Counted from the stretch's first letter, positions 25,073-37,386 are shown. The stretch: 51,139 nucleotides of DNA from Octopus bimaculoides (GCF_001194135.2 NC_068990.1:51006078-51057216); one strand, 5' to 3'. The notes: generated by a model not told the origin, from the sequence alone. Program-made: numbers and translations.

Positions 25073-25250
25073 AACATGTAACACAATACAACCTGTTGCG
25101 TGGTCAGGTCGTCGGCAACTAAACTGGCAAGCCCACCAAGTTTACTTGGTGAGGAAGTGATTTTTGTACCCCCTGTGAGAAGAAAAACAAAACCCATCAA
25201 AGGGCGGAGGAACTCATGAGAATCAATGACCATCCAACTTTGTGTATATA
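25073..25250 (+). repeat. Interspersed repeat homologous to 43160-43334 (opposite strand), followed by an AT-rich tail
   Basis: Both copies share ggtc.ggtcgtc.gc.actaaactggcaa.cccacca and tcaaagggcggaggaact. Confidence 0.85.
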
Positions 25251-26941
25251 TGTATATATTTTTATATTTTATATGTTTTATATTCTTTTATATCACTTTT
25301 TAATATATTTTACAGTGATTAAATGTATATATTTTTTATTCTTGTATATTTTGCGTAGATTTTGTAATTTTATATTCTAGCTTAGTCGAAAAGCTGTTTA
25401 ACCTTCAGTTATACCTGGACTTCGGGAGTCATACGTGGAGGGCACTCAGTAAAGTAGACAGTGCTGTGTGAAGCGGTTATAAGCAAACCTTTGAGGGTTC
25501 ACTTACATGGCAGTTTTATTCTACCTGAGCTCTGGGAGCCGGGGGTATCATATAGTTTGTTGAAGTCAAAAGCAAAGTTCCTAACCTCTCCACAACAAGG
25601 ACCGCTGTGCGTGAATTTTAAGATCACATCCTCACAATGTAGCTTTGTCTCTAACTAAACACAGTGGATGTAGGGGAGTAAACCCTGACCAGAAATCATG
25701 CAGTAACGCTAGAGGTGCATGTCAACAGATCGGCCTCTTGGAAAAAGGTACTGGAGTATCGAGGAGGGATTTTATCGTCAAACCTATTTCCTGCACATTT
25801 GATGTTGCAATTTGAAATAAATAGTCTAAGGCATAATGTAGTACTCTTGTAGTACTCCAATCAGGATCTCAAAGAAATCTGTATCCCCATCAGATGATAA
25901 AGCTTGAGTGACGCTATCTGTGTAGGGAACGTTTGTTTACATTTGCGACGGCGCCTGGCAAGCAGCCATGTGTTTTGGGAATTTATACAAATTTGAACTG
26001 AAAGCTTCACTATAATCTATAGTTGATATAACAACTTTTAGATTTTGAACTTTGATACCTTCAAAATGTCAGTTTTGTAAGAATTTGTGATAATATTATC
26101 ATCCTGGAGGAAAATAATTTTTGTAGATTCATAGTAATTGTTTAAGAAGGTATTAAGAAAGGAGCTAGAACAGCGAACAAAATAATGTGGAAAAGATAAC
26201 AAAAAAGAAACGAAAAGAAAAGTTAATTGTTTGAAATTTGTAGACCTATCAGATATCACAGCTTTGGGATATTGGTGCAGTGTCTAAGTAGATGTGGTGA
26301 GAGGCGTTGTATTTGGTTAGAAAGCCGAAATCGTCAGAGTTCGTGAGATGATTGATGTGTGTGTGAAGAAATGTGTGTAGAAATGCAAGAAGAAAGGGAA
26401 TAAAGAGGGTGCTAGTATTGCTGTTCTTTAGATAGTGAGGAAAAGAAAAGCAGAAAAAGGAAGAAGAAAATTAACCAATTGCTATCCACCTGAAAAACTT
26501 TTTTATCTTGTACATAATATAAACTTTGAATGCATTCATTTCATTTACACACTGGAAACCCAAAAAGGAAACATGTATGAGGGTAGGATGGCGTGTCTGT
26601 ATAGGCGTGACTATGTTTACGTTGTATACAATATGTGGATGGATGGTCGGAGTGAATGCAAACATGTCTGAATAATTAATAAGTTTGCTTTACATTCAAA
26701 ATGTCCTGGATTTGATACTACTACATAACCTATTTGGCAAGTGTTCTTAACCATAGTTTCGGATTGACTCAGACCAGTAAGTGAAGCTGGGTAGATTGAA
26801 ATAGTGTAGAAACTCGCCCTTTGGATTGATTGAAACTGTAACTTCCACACGTAGTGAGTAGTTTATTCAGTTAATGGAACAAATTAATCTTTGTTGAAAC
26901 TGACTACAATACTTATAATATATAGGTAGATAAAGTGATTA

Positions 26942-27165
26942 CAGTAATCCCTCGACTAACGCGGGTGTTACGTTCCTCCCTCGCCCTGCGCGACAGGTGA
27001 AAAACTGCGAAGTAGAAACAGTACTGTACTGTATATTTTATTATTATTTTTATAATTTGTGTATATTTATTTTATTATAAATGCAAAGCAACACCACAGA
27101 GGAATCGACGTAAGCTTGAATAATAAACCGCGATAGGTGAACCGCGATGTGGCGAGGGATTATTG
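26942..27165. mobile_element. pogo/Tigger-type MITE, 224 bp
   Basis: TA|CAGTAATCCCTCG ... CGAGGGATTATTG|TA: terminal inverted repeats (one mismatch in 13) and a TA duplication. Confidence 0.9.
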
Positions 27166-27343
27166 TATATCTATTATAAATAATTATTACATTGTGAAAT
27201 AAAATGCCTCGACATATCATTAACTTTGAATCTATATTCTGTTAATTCAATGAACAGGCATTCATTCATTCAGCTATGTCGCACAAATGTATATTCTATC
27301 TATATAATATAATTTGATATATAACGTAAAAGACAAGGTAAAA

Positions 27344-27505
27344 GAGGCCAGCTGGCAGAATCGTTAGCAAACTGATTAACAATATTTCGTCTATCTTTAT
27401 GTTCTGAGTTCAAATTCCGCTGAGGTCGACTCTACCTATCACCCTTTCTACTTAACCCCTCCTCCGCAATTGCCTTTCCTTGGGCCGAAATTTGAAATCA
27501 ATATA
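27344..27505 (+). mobile_element. tRNA-derived SINE (second family), degenerate
   Basis: A-box-like gctggcagaatcgttagc; B-box-like gagttcaaattcc; tail aaatttgaaatcaatat. Confidence 0.75.
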
Positions 27506-28107
27506 AAAGACAGGCCGCTCTCTAAGTACGTGTACGTCTTTCTGTGATATTTTTTTTTCTGCTGTTTGTAAAATCAGTCTTCTCATTCATTTTTACATTA
27601 TGCAATTAATCTTAGTCATATGTTAGAAATTTCTCATATACCGAATCCATCCCTTTACTGTAACAAATTGTGGTAGGTGCAAATATCTTCATAAATTCAC
27701 TTAAGCATATTATCTCAATTGCCTTTATTGCTTTATTTTTGTTTCCTTCGATTTCACAACGTAAAGAGTCTTCAAATTTCGTTTTGATTTCACATTTGTT
27801 TTAACGTTTATATAAACCGCAAATGCTTTTTCAATCCGTTCTCCTTTCCAATCATAACTGTGATAAAAAGAATTCACTGTTATACTCACAGAAGAGAAAA
27901 CGTACAAGTACAAAATGGAATTGTGCATGTAGCAGACACAAGCAGAAATCTGAGAAGGATGGGAGAATATAAAGAACAAAATATAAGAAAGTACCATTGA
28001 ATGATTGTGAATACAATGCATTGAGATGAAAATTGTGATATTCTATTAACAGCACTCAGCTATTAAAAGTAATGTGGTGTTGATCATTTAATTTTTCATT
28101 CATTATT

Positions 28108-28110
<3 letters not shown>

Positions 28111-28196
<86 letters not shown>

Positions 28197-28212
28197 GCGT
28201 GCGCGCGCGCGC
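28111..28212. repeat. (GT)n(GC)n microsatellite
   Basis: Read directly from the sequence. Confidence 0.97.
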
Positions 28213-28219
28213 GTTTATA

Positions 28220-28480
28220 CAGCGGTGGCCAAAATTAGAGAACGAAAAAATTAAAGATATTTAGATTTCTACTTCATTTTCCCAAATGAGATTTTTACTG
28301 CATATACTTTAAAGTATATTCAATATTTACAATAAATTTTGTAGGAAGTGATTAATAGCTAAATAATTTATGATAGAAAAAATGTATGGACAAAATTACA
28401 GAACGTATGACGTAAAAGTCAAGAAATCAAAATTATGCCAGAAAGTTTTACGATCCATACCAATATATTAATAAGATATT
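28220..28480 (+). mobile_element. Tc1-like terminus, unpaired
   Basis: TA|CAGCGGTGGCCAAAATT resembles Tc1 TIR starts; no partner end found. Confidence 0.5.
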
Positions 28481-28487
28481 AATATAC

Positions 28488-28560
28488 AGGCACAGGAGTA
28501 CTGTGTAGTAAGAAACTTGCTTCCCACCCACACTGTTCCGGGTTCAGTCCGATTGCTTTG
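28488..28560 (+). mobile_element. SINE head fragment
   Basis: caggcacaggagtactgtgtagtaagaaacttgcttccc..gggttcagtcc; same family as 17572-17985. Confidence 0.8.
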
Positions 28561-28708
28561 CAATAATCTTTTGGTGGGCAACTATCAGTTACTCTATAGT
28601 TATATCCGAACATTTAATCTATAACAGATTGTATGTCATCAACTCAATTCCTATCTATTCTTCATAGTTGTAAAGGTTTGTGGCCAGCAATGGAATTATT
28701 TGAATTGC

Positions 28709-28710
<2 letters not shown>

Positions 28711-28799
<89 letters not shown>

Positions 28800-28815
28800 G
28801 TTGTTGTTGTTGTTA
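28711..28815. repeat. (TTA)n/(TTG)n microsatellite
   Basis: Read directly from the sequence. Confidence 0.97.
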
Positions 28816-29880
28816 TAATTATTTTCCTGCGACCTTTCTGTTTTTCTGGCTATAAATTCTGGTTGTCAAGGAGCACGTAAAGGCTTTCCGAAAGCATTTC
28901 TGTCATAGCTTCCACACTAATGGTAAGCAAGTGATTGGTCTATAAAATGCAATCTGTATTACCTTTGCTTTTGTCTGTCCTAATGAGTACTGCTCTCCCT
29001 CTAGTCATCCAATCTGGTATAATTCCTCCATTAAGGCAATCCTGAGGTTGTTTCATCAACCTCCCATGTACGCTACTAAATTTTTTTAAAGAGTAACCTT
29101 GAAATAAATCTGGTCCTGGGCCATTCCAATTCGGCATTTTTCTTAACACTTTACTCATTAATGCACTTGTTAGTCGTAGATCTGGCTGCTTCTCATTCAC
29201 TACTTCTTCCCTCACTTTCTTTAGCTATACTGCATCTCCATTATGATTGACTAGCTTATCCCAAATATTATTTCAGAACTTTCTAGCTTCTTCTGCATTA
29301 GGTATCTCATCTTCAGTACTTCGTTCTCCACTATTTATTTAGTTATAAAATCTCCTCTAGTCTATCTCAAATAATCTATTCTCTTTATACTGATCTATTC
29401 TTTTCTCATATCCGGAAAGCTTACCTGCTACTGCTATGATACACTGTTTCAACTCTTCTATGATTGTCCCAAATTCTTTATCTTTGACTAAGTATCTTTT
29501 CTCAAGAGAAGATTTAAATGTGTTTCCTAACTTGTTCAGTTTCGAAACTTCTATTCTACTCAGATCTTGGTTTGAGTCTTTTGTTATATTAGTTTTTGTA
29601 TTGTGTGTTGTTTGTGCAGTGCAACGTTTGTTCTGTTGAGTATCAGACTTCTATGGCACATGTTGTGGGCTTTCTTCAATTTATTGTGTATTTAGTGTAT
29701 GAGTTTATTTCCGTATATTTTTGGAGGAGTGTTGCATAGTACTGTGTGTAAATCATAAATCAACTATTTCAAAGTATTCATGGTTATCTGTCCATCGCTC
29801 TTTATTTTTTTATTTGGTTGGTTTTGATATGAGGCCATCTTTACAACGCTTACTTTTTGACAGAACACCGCACATAGACA
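28816..29880 (-). mobile_element. R4/Dong-like element, N-terminal to early RT fragment
   Basis: KMPNWNGPGPDLFQGYSLKKF, PDWMTRGRAVLI, RPITCLPLVWKL. Confidence 0.88.
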
Positions 29881-30616
29881 TGTATTGATGTTTCTTTCCT
29901 ATTTATAATTATTATTGATGTATAAGCGACAGAACGAAAAGAAACAACGTGTGTATAGAGGGTTTGTATATATATCAATGGATGCATATGTGATTAATAT
30001 GGGATTAAAATTTTATTCACAGGTTTGCAGTTTTCGTATAGAGGCATTGCAGTCCATGTGTTTACATCTTCACGTATTTGTTGCTGTGGGGGGATCTTAT
30101 CTGAGGGAAGCTATTTGTTATATATATATATATATATNNNNNNNNNNNNNNNNNNNNNNNNNNNNNNNNNNNNNNNNNNNNNNNNNNNNNNNNNNNNNNN
30201 NNNNNNNNNNNNNNNNNNNNNNNNNNNNNNNNNNNNNNNNNNNNNNNNNNNNNNNNNNNNNNNNNNNNNNNNNNNNNNNNNNNNNNNNNNNNNNNNNNNN
30301 NNNNNNNNNNNNNNNNNNNNNNNNNNNNNNNNNNNNNNNNNNNNNNNNNNNNNNNNNNNNNNNNNNNNNNNNNNNNNNNNNNNNNNNNNNNNNNNNNNTG
30401 TATATACTCCATACATGAAGAAATCTTTCGGCTTCTTGAGATAGCTTACATTACTTTCATTGTTTTTGCGGATTCTTAATTCCTTCTTCGTGATGGTTTC
30501 AGATTTGATCTAACTTCCCGGCAGCTCGCTGTCATACGTCCATACTGTTTGTTATTTGCTGCGGTACTATTATTATCATCATTATTATTATTATTATTGT
30601 TGTTGTTGTTGTTGTT

Positions 30617-30982
30617 GAGTGAGAGAGCAGTGCATGCCATCAAAGTGACACTAAGTATACGAAGCCCAGTATACCCATCATGACCACCCATCTGATAAGG
30701 GTATACCAGGCACATGCATCACAACCACATGTGCACCACATGGAGATCTAATATCAAGATAAACAACGCATAACCTTACAGGTGGGGCTCAAAATTTTCT
30801 TCAGATCGAGTAGCCCACCCCACACAAACGATCTCCGAAAAAGGTTTGTTTAATGTCAAGCATCTGACAAGGAAATCAGTGGTATTGAACAGAAAATTTT
30901 CTGCAGCCCATCTTTTATATCAAGACAAAACAATGTTAAGATGAGAAGCCATGAGAGTCCCTGCCTGGTACTACATCAGGAC

Positions 30983-30986
<4 letters not shown>
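30617..30986. repeat. Unclassified ~370-bp repeat-like element flanked on both sides by trinucleotide microsatellites
   Basis: (TTG)n|gagtgagagagcagtgcatg ... catcaggacattt|(ATT)n with sharp boundaries and no clear ORF. It resembles an octopus repeat I recall, but this was not checked. Confidence 0.5.
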
Positions 30987-31055
<69 letters not shown>

Positions 31056-31058
<3 letters not shown>

Positions 31059-31687
31059 TAGTTTTATTTTTATAAAGTGCTTTCATTTCACTACCGAGCG
31101 CAGCTATGTGTGACTTGGGTATGTGCTGTGGTTTTCTGTGATGCTCTTATGGTTGCTGTATTGAAAGTGTTTTGCGTACAATGTGTGCAGTGCCCAGTAG
31201 TGCAATTTTCTGTATGTTACATATACTTGTAAGTTCTCGTGTTTTGTTATGTATTTGTCTGAATATTTTTTATCATACCAAATGTACCTACTATGATAGG
31301 AATTGTTTCTGTTTTTGGATTCCACATTCGAGTTACCTGTATTTCCAGGTCTTTGTATATTGAAAGTGTTTCCATTTCTGTTAGAAAAACGCTGTCATCT
31401 GCAGGTATTGATACATCAATTAGAAAGCATTTTTTTCCTTCATAATCTTTGACAACTATATCTGGTCTATTGGCCGTAATTTCTCTATGTGTGTATTGGC
31501 ATATCCCAGAGTATGGTTGCTTTCTCGTTTTCTGTGACCTTTTCTGGCGTGTGTTTATACCATCTTTTTTTTGTTGTTATTCCATAGTGTTGGCATAGCT
31601 TCCAGTGTATATAGGTCCCAGCTCTGTCGTATATGTGAATATATTCCTTCTTAGCCAGGACTGGGCAGCCAGAGATAATATGATTTA
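31056..31687 (-). mobile_element. R4/Dong-like 3' end with restriction-like endonuclease
   Basis: HIISGCPVLAKKEY, NRPDIVV, FLIDVSIPAD; the 3' end runs directly into (TAA)n; closely similar to 32482-33110. Confidence 0.93.
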
Positions 31688-32397
31688 NNNNNNNNNNNNN
31701 NNNNNNNNNNNNNNNNNNNNNNNNNNNNNNNNNNNNNNNNNNNNNNNNNNNNNNNNNNNNNNNNNNNNNNNNNNNNNNNNNNNNNNNNNNNNNNNNNNNN
31801 NNNNNNNNNNNNNNNNNNNNNNNNNNNNNNNNNNNNNNNNNNNNNNNNNNNNNNNNNNNNNNNNNNNNNNNNNNNNNNNNNNNNNNNNNNNNNNNNNNNN
31901 NNNNNNNNNNNNNNNNNNNNNNNNNNNNNNNNNNNNNNNNNNNNNNNNNNNNNNNNNNNNNNNNNNNNNNNNNNNNNNNNNNNNNNNNNNNNNNNNNNNN
32001 NNNNNNNNNNNNNNNNNNNNNNNNNNNNNNNNNNNNNNNNNNNNNNNNNNNNNNNNNNNNNNNNNNNNNNNNNNNNNNNNNNNNNNNNNNNNNNNNNNNN
32101 NNNNNNNNNNNNNNNNNNNNNNNNNNNNNNNNNNNNNNNNNNNNNNNNNNNNNNNNNNNNNNNNNNNNNNNNNNNNNNNNNNNNNNNNNNNNNNNNNNNN
32201 NNNNNNNNNNNNNNNNNNNNNNNNNNNNNNNNNNNNNNNNNNNNNNNNNNNNNNNNNNNNNNNNNNNNNNNNNNNNNNNNNNNNNNNNNNNNNNNNNNNN
32301 NNNNNNNNNNNNNNNNNNNNNNNNNNNNNNNNNNNNNNNNNNNNNNNNNNNNNNNNNNNNNNNNNNNNNNNTTCTTCTTCTTCTTCTTCTTCTTCTT

Positions 32398-32481
<84 letters not shown>

Positions 32482-32484
<3 letters not shown>

Positions 32485-34150
32485 TAGTGTTATTTTTATA
32501 GCGTGCTTTCAGTTCACTACCGAGCGCAGCAATGTGTAACTTGGATATGTGCTGTGGTTTGCTGTGGTGCGCTTATAGTTACTGTATTGAAAGTGTTTTG
32601 CGTAGGATATGTGCAGTGCCCAGTAGTGCGATTTTCTGCATGTTATATATATTTGTAAGTCCTGGTGGTTTTGTTATGTATTTGTCTGAATATTTTTTTA
32701 TCATACCTATGGCGCCTACTATTATAGGAATTGATTCTGTTTTTAGATTCCACATTCGAGTTACCTCTATTTCCAGGTCTTTGTATTTTGAAAGTTTCTC
32801 CATATTCTTTTAGGGAAACGTTGTCATCTGCTGGTATTGATACATCAATTAGAAAGCATTTTTTTTCTTCATGATCTATGACAACTATATCTGGCCTATT
32901 GGCCTTAATTTCTCTATCTGCGTGTATTGGCATATCCCAGAATATGGTTGCTTTCTCGTTTTCTGTGACCCTTTCTGGCGTGTGCCTATACCATCTATTT
33001 TCTGTTGTTATTCTCTAGTGTTAGCATAGCTTCCAGTGTCTGTAAATATATTCCTTCTTAGCCAGGACTGGGCAGCCTGAGATAATATTCTGCAGTTACT
33101 TGTTATGTTTCTTTTCATTGTATGTGTTTGGAAAATTTCTGGTGGAGAGGCTTTGGTCTTGTGCAGCAATTAAAAATCCTTCAGTCTCTGCTTTGAGTCC
33201 TGAGCTTCTCAACCATTGTTAGGATTTTTCTCTGTCTATTTCTTTTGCATTTAGTTTAGCCCAGTATTTGCCATGGAGGGGATTTTCTTGCCATCGTTTC
33301 ATCTTGGTCCGCTGCTGTTCTAGTTTTAGCTTGGATTTTATTTGTTTTAAAGCTGTCGAAAGACTTTCGGTAGTCGATCCAGGCCATACTGAGGCCTTTC
33401 TTCTTTCCGCGGCTGTCTTCAGTTATGGCTTTATTGATCATTAATTGATCTTTACAGCCGTATGAGCTCTTGCAGCATCCCTTCTACTCTTCTGAAAACA
33501 GGTTGTTATTTTCCAGGTGCTTACTCAATCTCTGCGATATTATTGCAATAAAGGCTTTGTAGATCGTAGGGAGACAGGTTATATGTCTGTAGTTTTGTGG
33601 TTTCTCCGTTTCCGTGGATTTGGGAATTAAGATGGTTTTCTCTTTCGTGAGGACTGCTAGAATGTTGTTAAAATTGTCAGCCATCTTTTTGTGCATTCCT
33701 GTCAGGTATTTTAACCAGAAATTGGGGACCTTGTCATGCCCAGGTGTCTTCCAGTTGCTTAGTCTTTGCAGTGCCTGGGTGACCTCTTCAGTTGTTATAG
33801 GGGTTCAGAGTTGCTCAGGTGCTAAGTTCGTTGTTTTAATGGTCCTTTTCTGGGGTTGTTGGTTCACCGACCATATTTTTTTCCAAAAATTCTTCCACTT
33901 CTTCTGCTGTTGGTGCTGCAGTAATGTCTATTTTATTTTTGCCAAGTTCTTGGTAGAATTATGGGGGTTGGATTTGAACTGTTTGTTTTGATCAAAGAAA
34001 CGTTTGTGTTTCTCATACCGGCAGATCCTTTGTGCTTTGGCAAGGATATCTTGCTGCAATGCTGTATTTGTACAGTATTTTTGTTTTCTTCTTGTTACTT
34101 AGCTGGGATCTTTTTTAAAACGGGGGCCACATTTTTCATTAATGTTTTAC
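32482..34150 (-). mobile_element. R4/Dong-like element, 3' part, RT core deleted
   Basis: YRHITCLPTIYK, AWIDYRKSFDS joined at ~33350 to the PLHGKY region, EGFLIAAQDQSL, ANRPDIVVID..FLIDVSIP, EKLSKYKDLEIEV, LLGTAHILRKTLS; the 3' end abuts (TAA)n. Confidence 0.93.
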
Positions 34151-34399
34151 NNNNNNNNNNNNNNNNNNNNNNNNNNNNNNNNNNNNNNNNNNNNNNNNNN
34201 NNNNNNNNNNNNNNNNNNNNNNNNNNNNNNNNNNNNNNNNNNNNNNNNNNATTTTCATAATTAGTATGCAAAACTTAATCCATATACCAAATTTGAAAAG
34301 AATTGGAACAAGATTTTAAACAGTGACGAAAACCATAAGGATCCCACAGCTATAAATTAAATAAATTAAAAGTTGCAGAGACATGGCATATAAAAGCAG

Positions 34400-34990
<591 letters not shown>

Positions 34991-34996
34991 ATGGAA

Positions 34997-35076
34997 CTGC
35001 AAGATTTCTTCGCAGGGTTTTTTGAGCTGCAAGAATTCTTCGCAGGATAATTAAAACTGCAAGTATTCTTCGCAGG
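34997..35076. repeat. Three near-palindromic 20-bp units with exact 30-bp period
   Basis: CTGCAAG(AT/AA/TA)TTCTTCGCAGG at 34997, 35027 and 35057; spacers differ. Confidence 0.92.
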
Positions 35077-35326
35077 GTTCTTGAAGCATGTCCAGTAAAC
35101 AAGTGTCGCCTTAGCCTGCTGGCTGTGGACAGCTGACACTTTCCATCATACCCAGGAAATTAAGCTGTGAGGTTTCATTATATAACAACAACAACAACAA
35201 TAATAATAATAATTTTTTGAACCTGTTGAAAACACACGAGATGTTGAAATATCATTCACTAGATGACAATGGCACTCTTTTAATTTTGACTCTATATCTT
35301 CTGGAGGAATTACCTCAATCCTTATA

Positions 35327-35426
<100 letters not shown>

Positions 35427-35866
35427 TTCAAATGTGGACAAAAGGCCAGAAATGTTTTCCAGAAATAATCTATCTACGATTACATTGTCCTGGATGCACC
35501 TGTTTCCTTCTCTTTTTAAGAGGCTAGGATGTGATTTGAAGATGTGGCTGCTATTTCTATCAGGTTGAGCTTCTATGTTATTATTTCTACTTGGATTGGA
35601 TGGATCACTAGAGCTGCGGGTAAAAGGAATTTAGGTATTTTAATTCCTTTATGAATTCAGTCATAACGAGATCAAATTTCTTTTCCATCTTTCAGGAGTC
35701 AATAAAGTAAAGTACCACTAATATACTACAGTCGACTTAATTGACCTCATCCGCATTCTTCAATTTATTTTTATGCTTGTGAGGAACCATTATATTACCC
35801 TTCTTTATGCTACATTTTCTTACAGAGTTATATTATCACATAAATACAATTCAAAATAAATAAAAC

Positions 35867-35872
35867 ACTTAC
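35867..35872 (-). other. CTR1: Consensus splice donor opening the TM6-TM7 intron
   Basis: CAG|GTAAGT; GPCR similarity stops exactly here. Confidence 0.9.
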
Positions 35873-36854
35873 CTGAATATGGAGCATTTTCATCCCAAGC
35901 TGCCCACATCTGACACACAAAAAACGGTGACCAACATATAAAGTAACAGGCAACCACACTTAAAGTTAGAGCCACAGACCGGACTTTGGCTCGAGAAATT
36001 CCTCTGTTGTAATTGACGCTTTGTCCTTCCATATCCTCCTCAGAAAACCCTCGAGTTAAATGGTTTTGACCAATACGTGTAGACACACGATTCGTGAGAA
36101 AAGCTCTATTTCGTGTTCGGGAACTGCCCAAAGTGGAGCGTCCTCTCTTCCATACAGCAAAGCACATCATTCCATAAAACAGAGTCAGTGCTATTGTTGG
36201 TAAAATCCAAATCGCGACTGTTAACCAAGTGATGTAAAATTTCAGAGTCCATTTCGGGTCAAAGGTCGCCTGACAAGTCAATCCAATATTTGAGAATTGC
36301 ATGCTCCATATGAAGAGTTGCGGAGTACTGAAGAGAAATGATAACATCCAGGCAATGAAAACCATGATGTGTACCCTGGCAGTGGTCCACTTGTGACTTG
36401 ATAAAGGGTGGCATATAGCAAAATAACGGTCAATAGCAGTTGCCACAAGGACATAACTCGATGCATACATAGCTACGCTTTGTAAGTAAGTAACGAGACG
36501 ACACAGTAAATCAGTTCCGAGAAATAAAAATGTAATGTCCCAAATCATCTGCGGCAAATTATTAAAGAAGGCGACGAAGAGATCAGTTACAGACAGGTGT
36601 AAAATAAACAGGTGCATTCGTGTCAATTTCTTTCTACGCTGGAACAATGTTATTAAAACAATACTATTACCTATAACTGTAATTATTATAACAACAGCCA
36701 ACGTAATAACTTCAGCATTAGCCAGGTCTTGATTACGTTTTATGGGCTGAGTTTCATTTTTTGCTGCGGAAAAGTTGCCCCATATTTCGGTTGATGACAC
36801 ATTATTCCAAATTTGCGTCGATATTTCATTTGGATGTGTAGTAATGTACCTCAT
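35873..36854 (-). CDS. CTR1: Cephalotocin receptor 1 (vasopressin/oxytocin-family GPCR), coding exon for N-terminus to TM6/ECL3
   Basis: Intact ORF MRYITTHPNE..; GNSIVL (TM1), RMHLFILHLSVTDL (TM2), DRY..ICHP (TM3), STPQLFIW, ISRAKVRSV, CWSPFF..QMW (TM6). It ends at TAT TCA G|GTAAGT (phase 1). The name comes from my recognition of octopus CTR1. Confidence 0.95.
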
Positions 36855-36920
36855 TGCTGCTTTAATTTTATTGAAATAATTCTCTGTTGATACGTTAACA
36901 AAATTTGTTATTTTCAAATT
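36855..36920 (-). other. CTR1: 5' part of the CTR1 coding exon upstream of the ATG (putative UTR)
   Basis: Candidate acceptor gatttgtag|AATTTG at 36921/36920; stop-free and in frame with the ATG. Confidence 0.5.
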
Positions 36921-37122
36921 CTACAAATCGCTTTAGTAGTGTTGTAAACAGAATATTGGCAGATGAAATAAACCACAACATTGTACAGATAATGTATGTG
37001 TGTGTGTGTGCTTGTGTGTCCTTGTGTGTAAGTGTATGTGTGTGTATGTTTATGTACATATATATATATCTATCTTTATATATATATATACACATACATA
37101 CATATATATATATATAAGTGTG

Positions 37123-37223
<101 letters not shown>

Positions 37224-37243
37224 CTGTGGTTATATTCAATCAC

Positions 37244-37386
37244 CTGCAAGTGGTAAAATAGGTGATCGAGGAAGTATAAAATTCCACTCTTGATGTATGA
37301 ATTTGCTGTATACAACCAGAAACTGAGGAATTGTATCAATACAGATGTGTTAATAGATAATCCGTGTTTTGTTGAAGCAACGATGC
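37244..37386 (-). other. Candidate upstream (5' UTR) exon of CTR1, 143 nt
   Basis: Acceptor ttgcatttttcag|GCATCG and donor TTGCAG|gtgatt bracket unique sequence; no ATG inside. Confidence 0.55.

Noticed and set aside
27725-28021. Hydrophobic 98-aa minus-strand ORF considered as a receptor exon
   Set aside because: No GPCR motif; the hydrophobicity is explained by T-rich composition.
34997-35076. CRISPR-like interpretation of the palindromic array
   Set aside because: Eukaryotic intron, only three units, 10-nt spacers and no cas genes.
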